Position numbers and translations under genes: made by a program
The notes under the pieces: model-generated
The model's input: only the letters and a program-made list of their open reading frames with translations
Databases searched by the model: none
What the model was told of the DNA's origin: nothing
Assembly (NCBI GenBank): GCA_001662655.1
Contig: KV460262.1
Reading direction: 5' to 3' (one strand)
Source of the DNA: Pseudogymnoascus verrucosus
Taxonomy: Eukaryota
DNA: 64,000 bases
In this document: in pieces, positions 23,721-36,627 of the stretch
Layout of the letters: the number at the start of each line of letters is the position of its first letter
Numbering within the stretch: position 1 is the stretch's first letter

Positions 23721-25172
23721 TTAAAAAGGTCGCGGACTCTGTTTCTTTCTTCTTGTCCTACGCACTCCCAACTGGCAGTTCCTAGCATCATATGTCTTCG
23801 TCTTGGGGTCCCATACTCCAATAACTTCCAAAGTAACAAAGTCAAGTTGCGTTTCTATCTCTACCCACCCGGTAACTACGATGCTGCCCCTAGGTATAAC
23901 TTTCACTTGCTTCCAATTGGCGGTATTGGTGAATCTGAAAGTAAAAAGGGCGTGACTACAGCGTTTGGTCATCATCTTATACATATGACTATCTCTGATT
24001 GTCCTGTGCTCTGGTGGGTCACTGGCGTTCTGGTTCCCGTTTTTAGCTGCTGATGCGGCATTCGATTGGGTTTGTAGGGCCTTTTCGCCAATGTCGCCCG
24101 GTTGCTTGTTAGCTGACTCCTGGGTCTGTTGTGCCGTGGAATTGTTAAAATTGCCGGCCTGTGTCGTAACGCCGACCCCGCCTGTAACTCTGGCTTGTCG
24201 AACCTTTTCTTCGGTTACCTTTTTGTCGCTTGAGGCTAGAGCAGGATATGTCTTCTTAACCTCGGCAGGATCAGGAAGCCTATAATGGGCACGCATTATG
24301 CTGCGTGTTTTCTCTTCTGGATCTTGGCTGAAGAGAACTTGCACAAACTTCCAACTAGCTTTTGCTACAGCAACAGGGAATAAAGCTTGGTGGAGTCGCA
24401 AAACAGTTTCTTGATCGATGGGAACGGTGGTCCAGGAAACGAAATCGTCCGTAATTTCAATGCTGCAAGCCAGATAAATGTCAGTAATGTGTGGAGAGGC
24501 AGAGGAGGGGTTGTATAACGTACCCTGAATGCACGAAAGCTGGTGGAGGGCCGGAAGGGTAGATGACGTCCAGCCAGTGTTTCAGTATTCGAGCACCTTT
24601 GCCCCCTTTTGCGTTTTCAACCGATCGTCTAGTGATCTCAGCAAGTTCAACTGTTCACAGTCAGTTAGCAAGCCTTCATTAAACAGATGATAATCCTTAC
24701 TTCTAACTTTCTTAATAAGCTCAAGATCTTTACTGAACTTTATATACTCTTGCCATTCCGGGTCGCTGCCTCGATACGGGCTTTGAGGAATTTGCTTGAT
24801 TGTGCCTGGGAATGGTATGAAAAGCGCATCTTCCAGCTCTTCCGGCGTTTCGCTGTCCGATATGGTCCCTTCCTTCTCGAATTCATCTGCCAGTTTATCG
24901 AGCGGTGCAAAAGCTACTTTGGTGAAGATATTATACATCATAAGTATTCCTATTGCTGAACCGAGGATATATCTACAGGCGATCAGTTTACGAACGACAG
25001 ATTGTGGCGGGGCCGGCAATTACCTCCTGCTCTTAGGCGCTTTCTTGAGGCGCACCCCTTGAACTAATGCATTGCCACCATCCCGTCGTACTCGCGCGTG
25101 AACCGATAAAGGCAGGCGGTTCAGCCTGAAAAGGCTTGATGTGGCACGAAATGCCCTGAACATTTGGGCCAT
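23721..25172 (-). CDS. Conserved fungal hypothetical protein, probably mitochondrial, 4 exons
   Basis: R/S-rich N-terminus MAQMFRAFRATSSLFRL, one hydrophobic segment, FIPFPG...YRGSDPEWQEYIKFSKD, WLDVIYPSGPPP, PRGSIVVTGWVEI. Exons join via canonical introns. Confidence 0.75.
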
Positions 25173-25524
25173 CAGGGGCCCCTTCGGGGGGCTAGCAAGC
25201 CTTGTAGGGCGTTTATCTTATAACGAGGTGTTGTTTTAGGCGTTGGAAGCTGCAAGTCTCATCCGAAATCTAATCGTCTTGACATATGCAATCTTTCAGT
25301 TGCAATAACGCCAGGCGCATATCGTCTTGGTGATTCTGATCGGCGCCGTGGCCGAGGACGCCTACAAAGTTGAGCCCCGGAGGGCGGTAAATTATGGCAA
25401 TATTTCTGTATTCGGTTTAGCGCAACCGCGCCCAATGAGCTACAGCTCGTCGACGCTATCGCGACTCGCAAGGTAGACGACAGTTAAGTGCCTCCATCCG
25501 TACGAAAGGCCTCATACAGCAATT

Positions 25525-26745
25525 ATGAGGCTCTCATTTGGCTTGCTACTGCCGGCAATTGCTGGAGTAGCGCATGCTACTTCCTCACGCATCGACGGCT
25601 TTGTATTCACAGCATCGAAGGAACTGGATGCCGGATCCGTTTCCCTTACTCCAGAGCAAGTCAGGGTTGTCCTGGCGCAACAACTCGATGTCACACAATA
25701 CCATAGCTTAGGTGCCGGAGACAGGAGTGAAAAGGAGCTGAAACTCATCAACACGTTTGGCGGGCAGCACCCTAAACTCTTCGATGAGGATGTTGCGGGG
25801 ACAACCTCCCCTAGGCACCTGGTGGTGTTCTTGGACGTCTCTCTTGAGGGAAGCAAGGCCCTCAAGGCCAAATGGAGTGAAAAGGGTCGGACGGAGCCAT
25901 CATTTGTGATGGTAGGAAGTCCAGGCCGTGAGTCCGTTGGCACTCTCGTTCGAGACATCCAACAGCAGATTTCCCCGCGAGAGCTTCCTAATGAGCAATG
26001 CACTCTTACCAAGGCCATCGATGTGTCTGCCTCCGAATGCTGGCACAACAAGAATAGCCACATCATGCACAAGTTCACCGAGGATAGTGTAAGTAAATTC
26101 TGTCTACCTCTCACAATCACCACTAACAACTTCCAGTCCGACTTCGACACTTTCGTCAGGAGCCAAGACTCTCTTTTCAGTGCAATCGAAAAAGGAGACC
26201 TCGAAGCCACTTTCCTTCTGATGACACCAGGACAGACCAACCGCTTCAAGAAGCAGCCTTGGGGATCGTATTCGCTTCCGGGTTCTGACTCCGATCTTCG
26301 GAAACGAGAACAAGAACAGCCAATGTCGGACGTCGTCTCTTCCTCGTCCTCCTCCACTCTTTCTGGCCCTCAACCTACTTCTACCCCCATCGGTCGTCTC
26401 CCGCCGCTCTGCTACAACACACTGGAGTCTTGCACCACATCGACACAAAACTGTTCAGGGCACGGGAAGTGCTTCCGTAAGTTCGGCCCCGCCAAAGGAG
26501 CGTCAGGCGCCAGCTGCTTTGCCTGCAAATGCTATGGCCCAGACCCAACCGACAAAACGAGGAAGGGCCACTGGGGAGGGGCTGCGTGTCAGAAACAGGA
26601 CATTAGTGCGCAGTTCTGGATCATCGCCGGCTTCAGCGCTCTCCTGATTGGGATTGTAAGCTACGCCATTGGGATGATGTTCAGCATTGGGTCCGAGAAG
26701 TTGCCGGGTGTCATTGGGGCTGGAGTTGCGGCGAAGACAAGGTAG
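25525..26745 (+). CDS. DUF3844 type-I membrane protein with a Cys-rich luminal module
   Basis: Signal peptide, CYNTLESCTTSTQNCSGHGKC...CFACKC...WGGAACQKQDIS, a TM helix, and LPGVIGAGV. Probable 48-nt intron 26089-26136. Confidence 0.85.
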   Translation: MRLSFGLLLPAIAGVAHATSSRIDGFVFTASKELDAGSVSLTPEQVRVVLAQQLDVTQYHSLGAGDRSEKELKLINTFGGQHPKLFDEDVAGTTSPRHLVVFLDVSLEGSKALKAKWSEKGRTEPSFVMVGSPGRESVGTLVRDIQQQISPRELPNEQCTLTKAIDVSASECWHNKNSHIMHKFTEDSVSKFCLPLTITTNNFQSDFDTFVRSQDSLFSAIEKGDLEATFLLMTPGQTNRFKKQPWGSYSLPGSDSDLRKREQEQPMSDVVSSSSSSTLSGPQPTSTPIGRLPPLCYNTLESCTTSTQNCSGHGKCFRKFGPAKGASGASCFACKCYGPDPTDKTRKGHWGGAACQKQDISAQFWIIAGFSALLIGIVSYAIGMMFSIGSEKLPGVIGAGVAAKTR

Positions 26746-27227
26746 ACGGTGGGAAGGTAAACGGCTGGATGACGTGAAACCGGAATCACTGCTTTCTACG
26801 TTTTGTTTTAGCTCAAAGCCAGGGCTCGGGTTGGCGTTTTGATGTAGAATCATGTATACATAGCGATTAAGTGCACTGCACGGCTTTGAAGGATATTAGG
26901 AAGACGATGCGGAGTCTGTTATAATACTCATTGTTTTCTGTGAGGTTTGAAATGATTTACTTTGTATGCACTATCCCAGCGATGCAGGTGAATGACGTTG
27001 AAAGTTTTATTGGCAGCCCGCAATTCTGCCACAACATATCTTTCGCCCATATTGCCGCTTTCCAAATCCTCGAGTCACGGATATCTACTATACAGGGCAG
27101 CGAAGTTTGGTTGTTGCAGTAATATTTCACGGCTCCGATTGAAGTATCAAAGATAATATACCCTTCATATATCGTATATCTACATTCTACCCACGCCAAC
27201 GCCTAATCACACCCCATTTTATCACCC

Positions 27228-30200
27228 TCAGTACTTCTTCCCAGTCTTAGCCTTCTTATTGCCCCGGTCCTTCTTCTTTTCTCCCATCTCCTCCTCGTAA
27301 ATCTCTGCCGCGCTCTCGCCCGCCTTCCTCTTTGACTTAAGGGTCTTTACGCTGATAGCCGATGGCTTCGCTCCCTTCTTTGTAGCCTTAAGGACTTCCT
27401 GCTCGGCATGTGCCCACCCCGGTGCTTCAGATGCGATCTCATATCTATAATTGCGTTAGTTTAAGTTATAACTTGTCAATGTGGAAAGAGACTTACTGGT
27501 CCAATGGTAGCGCATCAATAAGCTCCCTCTGCTTTTCCCGCAGTGCCTTCATAGCCTCGTCACCGCCCTCCTCCAACTCATCTTCCAGGTTTGTCTCAAG
27601 AGCCACAAATCTCTCGTCAATGATCTCATCATCGTGTGCGGCACTTGCATCCGCACGGCTTACACCAAGCGTCTCCTGCTTTGGTAGCTCGGCGTCAATG
27701 GCTCCAGTCACTAGGCTTCCAAAGTGACTCGACAACTTTCGCATGATCTTGATGAACATGGCCAACAGCTGGCTACTTGGCAGGTTAAGCTCGCTCTCAA
27801 CAGCAGTCAAGTCTTTGCGTTGCAGACCGACAGCCAAAAGAATCGCAGCTTGGACGCCAGTAAGCTTCAGCACAGGGAGGCGGCCAGTGAAATACAGCGC
27901 CGCGAGGGTTGGGATCAAGTCCAATACAACATGGTAATCGAGCATGTTGTTCGCATATGACTCCAAGCGCTTCAGGTCGAACGGAGAGAGAAGACCGTCG
28001 AGTTCCGTCTTAACAAGTGCCTTGGCCTCATGCTCTGGGTCCAATTTGAAGCCTCCACGAGCTGATTCGTCGATGCTGAGCGCAGTGATAGAGGCGAAGT
28101 CTCGGAACTGATACGAAAGTAGAGACAGGAAGCGCTTGTGATAATCTCTAGCAAAAGCTCCCAGCCAAGCCTTGTCGTCCCCATTCTGCAATGGACGCAG
28201 CATAACACAGGTATGTTCGCCAGTCAAATCATTCGCTGTTTGGCGGAGGTATACGGGAACAAACTGCGAACGTTTCCAGAACTTGTGCAGGGGTTGTGTG
28301 AGACCATAGGACACGCCGATATAATCGAGGTTGTCGGGTTGGCGCTCTGTGAGCTTGCTGAATAGCGGAGGCATTTTGCGGATGTCCCTAACCTTGATAT
28401 CGTCGTCCAGTAAGGTAGCATTGGCAAGCTCCTCATCTGTGACACGGGTAATAGACTGCTCAGCTGATAGCGGAGCGGCGTCCTCGGAGAGATTTGCAAA
28501 CTTTCCTTCGTAGAAGTCGTTGAGAAGCTCAATGGCCCGCGCACCATAGCCCATTCCAATATAGTCTGGGTTGGTAGCAATCCTCACAATGCGAGCTCCA
28601 GAAAGGCCAGCGAAGTCTTCGTCCTGGAATTGCTGAGATACCAGCCAAGGGATGAGATCACCTGCGGCGCGCTGTCCACGAGCAAGAGAGTTCAGCACCG
28701 ATTGCTTGGAAATCTGACCTTCAAGGGCTATTTGTATGACGACGAGGGGTTCCGGAAGACGAGCGCTATCTTCAGACACAGGAGGGACAAGGACGAACAG
28801 CTGGTGAGCTGGTGCATCGGACATGAGCTGAAGGTCATCTGGGGAGTTTTTGTAATGTGAAGCGACGTATAGAGCGATCATTTGTTGCAGGAACTTTTCG
28901 GAGACGGGGTGGAAGGAGAAAAGAGTGTCGCGGTTGACGTTGAGGAGTTGGCACTGGGATGGGTGAGGGCAGCCTTGGGTGTTAAGTTTTGAGCGAGGGA
29001 GGGTAGCATCGAGACAGAGGAGGTTGTTGAGCCACTTCTCAACTAGGTCGCCCTGGGTATAACGAATGGGCTCTGACAAAGTGATTTCACGTAGTGAACG
29101 GCCGCCTGTGAAGCTGTTGTCGGATTTAATGGCCTTGCCGCTTGTTCGATCCATCTCTGCGTCCTCTCCTGTAGATTTAGTAGTTCCACGCGATTGCTCA
29201 CGGAGCTGCTTAATCAGTTTCAAAGATAGCGAACGTCCAGTTCCCTCGTAACCGTTAATTGTTGATGCCATGAAGACCAGATAAGGGCCCATGAGTTTTC
29301 TGACAAGGGGCAGAGGGATAGCTGCTGCCTCATCGATAACAAGTAACTCGGCCTGGCCTAAAACATGTGCATCCTGGGGTCTGATATATTGGATAGTTTG
29401 GCGATGCTGGCGATGTACGTTAACACGGACAATAGCTTTGTTGAAATCAGGGTTTGTAGACTGAATGATGGAGTAGTCGACATGGTCCATATAACCCAAT
29501 GAGTCGAATCCTTTGAAGATGAACTCGAAGAGCGTCTTCAAATTCTCTGGGCTTGGAGAAGTGATGAAAATGTTGCTGTAACCATGTGCAACGGCAGCCG
29601 CCACCGCAACACCTAGTGCTGCCGATTTACCACGACCTCTAGCCGCCGTCAATGTGACTGTGCTCTTCAATGTCTTCTCTGCAATAGCATCCACGAAGGT
29701 CAAGAGAGCCTTGGCTTGGTCCACGGTCTTAGCCAAGGTTATCAACGATCCTACGGGTTGAGTGTCTTGTAGTGTATCTTTCATGGTGTCAAGTTCTTTC
29801 TGCTTCTCGGTTTTGGGCTCATCAAGGTCTGGCGGTGGTAGCGCCTTCACGTTTTTGCCTCCCGAAATGGGAAGCACGTTGAGTTCGTCATCGATAACCA
29901 GACACGACTCGCAGCTTCCCAGGGACAGGATAAATCTCTCGTTAAATCGTGCGGTAACATCGTCGTGGGCCTCTGTCCGGTATCTCGAATGGACGTCCAT
30001 CGACAGCGTGTACAGCTGCTTCAAACTGCTCATTCCCTTCAATAATAGCACCACAAGTCCGCCACCTTCCACAGTCTCGATTGTTCTAGCGAGGAGATTG
30101 GGGGTAATCGCTTCGAAATCCTGCAAGATGCACATGCCGTAGGTGTTTCCCAGGATCTTCTCCGTCTCTTTATAGTAAACATAGCGGATGTCGTGTAATG

Positions 30201-30609
30201 ATACAAAAAGTTCAAACGGGTCTTCGTTATTGGCTTCGCGGATTCCTCGTTTAATATCTTTCTTAATCTTCAGCTCGCGCTTCTTCCGATGACTGCAAAT
30301 CTAAAGGTCAATTCCGACTCGCGCTTGCCGCAAAAATTGGGTGTGCTAACCTGGTGAAGCCCAACAGCTTGTTCTTGTATGCCCACAACACCGACTTGTT
30401 CTGCTTTACATCCATACTTGACATAATATAGTGAAGATGGACGATGACATCCTTGGACCGGTCGCCAACGACGACGATAAAGCTTCTCTTCTTTTCTTGG
30501 ACTCCATTGCGAATGAGCGCGGGGATGCGCGAATCCCTTTGAAAGTGTCAGTTGAGCATATTTTTTGCATACAGGAGAAGCTTGGGACATACACTGCTTT
30601 GCGAACCAT
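27228..30609 (-). CDS. KRE33: RNA cytidine acetyltransferase Kre33/NAT10
   Basis: MVRKAVDSRIPALIRNG, LQDFEAITPNLLARTIETVEGGG, Walker A TAARGRGKS, DEAAAIP, GYEGTGRSL, YVASHYKNSP, GNAT motif RIATNPDYIGMGYG. Three introns. Confidence 0.97.
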
Positions 30610-30986
30610 ATCTTCGACGTTATCAGTGCTCTAATTGCCTGTGGAGGGCAATATGAACCTGGGTTGAAGCGACTGGAAACAGAGAGTTCGAAAGGCTGCG
30701 AAATGATTAAGCTAGACGAGCCTTGCGATAAAGTCGTCCCTCGAGAACTTTTTTGCAGGGATACAACACGACCATGCTATATTCGGCCTAGCTTATCCTA
30801 CCCCGGATTAACAGAAATCCAAAGAGATTTTCACGTGACCAGATACGAAGGATGACCAAGTCCATCCTGGAACTCAACGCCCCTGAAAGCTTATATAGCA
30901 CCCCTCCCCCCATACTTTGCTGGGATAACGCGATGAATTGGACATACTAGTCCGTTTGTATAGTTGTATTTTTTTTGGCTTTCGCA

Positions 30987-33900
30987 ATGGCAAATGGCCC
31001 CTTTATGGGAGCCATTGGACTATGGTACGTACCGATATCCGTCGTGTCCGGTCACTCCCTTTCTCGGCCTCAAGTTAACACAGTATACAGTTTTTGTATA
31101 ATTATCACATGGCTGCCTATCACGTGGCAAGAGCATCCTTCTTTCAGTGCGTACGACAATCCAATAATGCCGCGGGCAGCTACTAATCGGTTGCTAGTTC
31201 ATCCCGTTCATGCCGCTATCACTGCTTTTTTCATTGCTGGCATTGTCCTACTGGCAATTAGTAGAACCAATATTCCTACCCGTTTAGGGAGAGGACGTGG
31301 AGGAGCTGGTAGAGAGTATAGGAGTCATGGCGGCGGCATATCAGCTACGCCAGCTCGAATTGCTATTGCCCCAGCACAACTCACTCCCCAAAGGCGGAGA
31401 CTAGTCTTCAGCCTTCTTGTTTTCTGTACTGTTATCCGTGTGGGGACGTTGAGAAAAATATCCGAAGCAGCTCAATGCTCAGCAAGGGATCTTGAGGTAT
31501 GCACGCATTCCAATCGTTCTTGTCCCTTATTCAATATTTTCTTGACTGGGAGCTCTTTTCTGCACATTATTCCAGAATGGCCTTGTCTTCTTATTTTCAA
31601 TTCGGAGTAGCCAATACCTCATAAACATAAAGGTTAGCAATATGTATTTTGATACATTTACTAATTTCAGCAGGTTATATCTCTCCCTATTATATTCGCC
31701 ATATATGATTTCGTCACTAGTCCGCCGAATTATAATGCGGATGATATAAGAGATTCTATATCAAACAGCGCGTTAGAGGACCTATTCGATACAATAAGAT
31801 GGTCACGGGTCCGCTACATCGTTCCTACGATCCTGTTAACTCTGGGAATATATCTCACCTCTTCGCGATTACCGTCTGCTTTTGTATGTTCCCAAGCATT
31901 GAATCAGCGCAGCTACACTATTTGTCTCCAAGTTGTGGGTATTGGTTTAGATTGCATTATCATTGTCGTATTGTCGCAGTTGTTGGCTGGCTGCAATGAC
32001 GACAAACGGAGAACAAGTATGCTTGGATATATCATGATGGCATCTGCTGCTTTACTCTCAGCCGCAGCGTTTTTATATCTAATTGTTCACCCCTTTCAAA
32101 TCACGGCAATACTTTCTACGCCATCATCATTTAAATACAGCATTTTCATCGATGGAATGGCACTTACAGCACTTATATTCTGTGTCGCCTATCTCAATTC
32201 GGACCTAAGGCCTTTCGCAGTTGTCATGACCATTGTTTTCACGACAGTCATGGCCCCATTAGTGGCTAATGCTTGGTCCGAGAAGCGCCCGTTTCCGCCG
32301 CAGTCAGATACTTCCAGGATTCTAGGGGTTGCCTCACTTGTTTTTGGATACATGAGTTTTATTATAATATATAAATACGGGGAGGCTGCCAAACAACCCC
32401 AGAATATCTTGAACCGAGTTCATGCTATTTTTTATATCCTACTGGCTGTAGCGTTTATCTACACGGAAACAGTCTTTATTTGGCGAAGTAATAAGGCTGG
32501 TAAGTCCACGAAAGCTTGCGGCATTTTGGCTTCGCGTCGATCATTAATACCTTAGCTAACACATCCGATAGGCTTCCACCCTGTCCGCCTGCTTGTGTAC
32601 CAAGGCCAAGTTAATGCTAATGCCTGGTCCAAACAAGCCTCTTCGAGCAAAAATCTCACAGCGGCCGTTGACGAGTACAAATCTCGATACCATCGACTTC
32701 CACCTCCAAACTTTGATAAATGGTTTGAGTATGCTAAAGATCGGAATTGCACCACCATTGACGACTACGACCAGATCTATGAAGACCTTCTCCCATTCTG
32801 GGGTGTGAAGCCTGCTTTGATTAGAAAACAGTCTACCATTAAGCGCAAAAATAGTAGCTTTATCAGCATCCAAATCGATATGGGGAAAGTGAACACAGTG
32901 CACGTTTCGGAGGAATACTCGCACCTGGACGATCCTATCATCAACATGATCAAATCTTTTGCTACTTGGCTCCCTCAAATGCAAATTGTCCTAAACCCCA
33001 GCCCGTCGCCACAGATTGCATTGCCTCGTTCTTCTCTAGCAAAGCTCGAATCTGCTGGGCATCGATCTGAGCATATTGAAGAAAGGGAGACAATTATCAC
33101 TACATGGGCCACCCTATCAAAATGGGGCCCTTTGACGGCCGTTGAAAGCGGACTACCAGTCCCGCCAATGGCTAGACATATTTCTCGATGGGACGCTTAT
33201 ATGGCACCCACGTGCTCCTCGAACTCGCCCGCGCGCTCACATCCGCACTCATCTCGTACCCTCTGTACCTCATGCTTCGCATCTTATTCCGCCGGACAAT
33301 TTATACGCGATATATCTCACTCACTCGACCCTTGCTTGCAGTCTGACCTTCGCACGGTTTCCTCCTTTCTTTCCTCGCCAGCCACAGTTCCTAACACGGG
33401 CTACCCTGCCGACAAACTCATACCCATATTCAGCTCGCGGAAAATTGAAGGGTACAACGATATTCTATTTCCGCTTCCAGGGACATATGTTCCCTCTGGC
33501 CCAGCCTCTAACCCAGATCTCTCACTTTCCGTCCCAGGTCAAAAACCTTTCGCCGAACTGCGGGATGTGCTATATTGGCGCGGCGAGGCTCCGCCGTCTG
33601 GGTTAGGAGCGCATAGTTGGCAAGGGGTCAGCGAGCAGCGCCTCGTTACACTAGCCCACCAAGCGCCGTCCAACTATAAGATCCCGATTCTAGTACCTTT
33701 TGACACTGAGGGCAAAAAACATGAGTACGGGTATGTCAGACTGGCGGCGATCTCTGACCAAATACAAGTCGACGCTGGTTTTACCGGAGTTCCAGAGAAG
33801 AACTGTCACCGGGAAGAAGAGTGCCAGGAACAGCGCAAACATTTTGGTACCAATGCGACGCTTAGTGATAGCGACGAAGATAGGTATTCCAGTCGATACA

Positions 33901-34286
33901 TACTCACGACCGATGTCTCTGAGCCAAAAGAGTTTTTAAAGAACGTTGTCTCTGGCTCAGTTGCCGTACGGTCTGGGATCTTCAAGAGTTGGTACGAAAA
34001 ACGTCTTACGCCTTGGATACATTATATACCACTCGACATGCGCTGGCAGGGCCTGCACAGTACGATGGCATATTTTATGGGGCTTTCTGGGACGGTGAAA
34101 GGGGAGCAGGTCAGTATGGACGCCCAAGTGAGGGAAGCAAAGTTGATTGCCGAGCAAGGGAAAGCGAGGGCAGAGAGTATGGTTAGAGAGGCCGATGCAG
34201 AAGTATATCTCTTCAGGCTACTGCTTGAATGGGGGAGGATTGTTGATGACTACCGGGATGAGGTTGGGTTTGTTCTAAAGGAATAA
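30987..34286 (+). CDS. Multi-TM glycosyltransferase family 90 (CAP10-like) protein
   Basis: N-terminal TM segments, then AVDEYKSRYHRLPPPNFDKWFEYA...IDDYDQIYEDLLPFWG, LYWRG, RLTPWIHYIPL, YLFRLLLEWGR. Start and first introns uncertain. Confidence 0.82.
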
Positions 34287-34477
34287 GAATTTGGAGTTAA
34301 ATATTTATAGAATATATTTGGTGTATATTAAATGCTTACATGAAATTTGGAACAAAACAACCATTCTACTATGAGTTACACGTTACCCATACGTTCACTA
34401 TAGCATTAGAGGCACTGCAGTATTCGTGATTTATACTCTTTTATTAATTAACTCTTCCCGCTATTTACAACTGTCCT

Positions 34478-36093
34478 CTACTCTTTCCACGTCGTCAACA
34501 CAGGGCTCCCCTTCGCAGGCGGGGCACTAAATTTGGTCTGCACAAACACCTTCTGCATCCCATCCTCCTTCTTGTCAAACTTCATATACACCGTGTCCAT
34601 CTCATCCAAGGAGACCCGATGCGTCACCATCTTCAATGGGTCAATCTCCCCCTTCTCAACCATCCCCAGCAACTTCTCCCAATACATATGCACAGGCGCC
34701 TGTCCATTTCCAATCAACCTAATCCCGCGCTCCATAAGCGCCCCGATGTTAAAGTGGTTCGTGAAGCCTGTGTATACACCCGTGATACCGCAGCGCCCAT
34801 ATGATTTCACCGACGTTAGCATCTCGTTCACGAGCTCAGATGTATCCGTCTCCATTCCCAGCATCAACTCAAAGTAATGCGCCCAGCCCTTCGCGTACTC
34901 TCCTGCCGCGCACTCAATGCACACATCCGGCCGCCAGGAACCATCTCCCGCAGCTTAGAGGTCACTGTCGTACCACGCTTGAGTGCGGTGTAGTTTAGCG
35001 TTTCGACCCGGAGGCACTTGGACTTCGCGTAGGCGAGGCGCCAGTTGTTGTCTATGAGAATAACGCGGGCAGCACCGTTGTGAAGACTGAAATCGGCAGC
35101 CATCTGGCCGATAGGACCTGCTCCCCAAATAGCAACGACGTCGCCCTTTTCGACGCCAGTGTCTACGATGGCATTCCAAGCTGTGCAGATGACATCGGAG
35201 AGGTAGAGGCCTTCGCATGTTAGTGGCAGACTTTTAAGAAGGAAGTTTTAAACGCACCTTTCTCGTCTGGGACACTATCTGGTAGTTTCAGGAGGTTGAC
35301 GTCCCCGAACGGAACACGGACGTATTCTGCCTGTCCGCCTGCAAAGCCACCCGTGAAGTGAGAGTATCCAAAAAGGCCACTATATCAGGACAATCAGCCT
35401 TGTCTTCTCCAATAACCTTAGGATTCGACGGGGCTAATAACCCACGCAGTCTGAGTCCCATACATAGCAGCTGCCAGCGAATTTTCATTCGTCTTCTCAC
35501 ACTGGCTACTCTGCTTCTTCTTGCAAGGTCCGCATTCCCCGCATGCAATCTGGAAGCTGGCCACCACACGCTGGCCAGGCTTGACATTCTTGACTTGCGG
35601 GCCGACAGACTCCACGATGCCGCAGAACTCGTGGCCCAGGATGTCGCCTTTCTGCAGCTCCAAAATGGTCCCGTGCAGGAGATGCAAGTCGGAACCACAG
35701 ATAGTAGAACCAGTAACGCGCAAGACAACGTCTCTAGGTTCCACTACATGTGGTTTTGGAACTTCTTCTGTGTTGTGTATTAGTTGGAGTTTTGTACACA
35801 GATGGAAATAATTGAGTATCCGTCGGGAATGGTGGATGGCACAGTCCAAATATATCTTGAAGTGATAAATCCGCACCACATTTATTCCGGCTGAAATTAA
35901 AAAAAGCATTGTGCAACTTACGAACTTCCACATGGTTCTTTCCCATCCATATCAAAGCTTTCATCTTCTCGCCGCTCGGATCGGCGTATTTTGATCTATC
36001 TAGTGCTGGGTTGCTCACATCCTGTTGCGTGGTGGCGCTGCCATCGTGCCCAACGGCTTGCTCCACCTTGAAAGCAGCCTGTGATGCTGCGAT
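34478..36093 (-). pseudogene. Zn-dependent MDR alcohol/formaldehyde dehydrogenase-like gene, disrupted
   Basis: STICGSDLH, GHEFCG, CGECGPC...C and the Rossmann motif WGAGPIG are intact. The expected start reads ATC (36093-36091), and there is a 1-nt frameshift near 34930 (VPGG / DVCIECAAGEY) with no intron. Confidence 0.75.
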
Positions 36094-36627
36094 TATTACT
36101 TGGTTGAAATTCCAATTCTCGATTTCTAATTGAATAATTGTTTAATATTAATTACGACCAAGCCGGTTGGGGTTTCCACGTCGTGGTTGTCATGTTGTGA
36201 GAATCGACGTCAGAGTTGAGATAGAAGCTAAGTCTACACGTCATGAATCTGACACAGACTGACAACAACAAAACGTGGTTAATTGGTTATAACGACTTCT
36301 AGCTCTCCTATTTAAGTAGTCGGATGAAGAGAGTTATGGTGATATTTACTGAAAGTAACACATCGTGTTCTGGTGGCCATGTTGATGTATTCGAATATTA
36401 GACACTTAGATTTGGCTCGCAAATAATATGAAATCAGGTGCAAATAATGATGAAATGGTATTAGTTTATTTCATCTGTATCTTGGCTACAATAACAAGCC
36501 CCTTTGGCTTAGATATTTGAGGACATGTACTCATAATAAAGTCCGCCACATACATATATTACAGCCTCACAACGCCCTATAATGACCGCTCGCAACGCCG
36601 ATTTCCCTTTTATAGCCAACCGCCTTA

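Noticed and set aside
25512..26357. 281-aa antisense ORF over the DUF3844 gene
   Set aside because: Fully overlaps a well-supported gene and has no domain signal.
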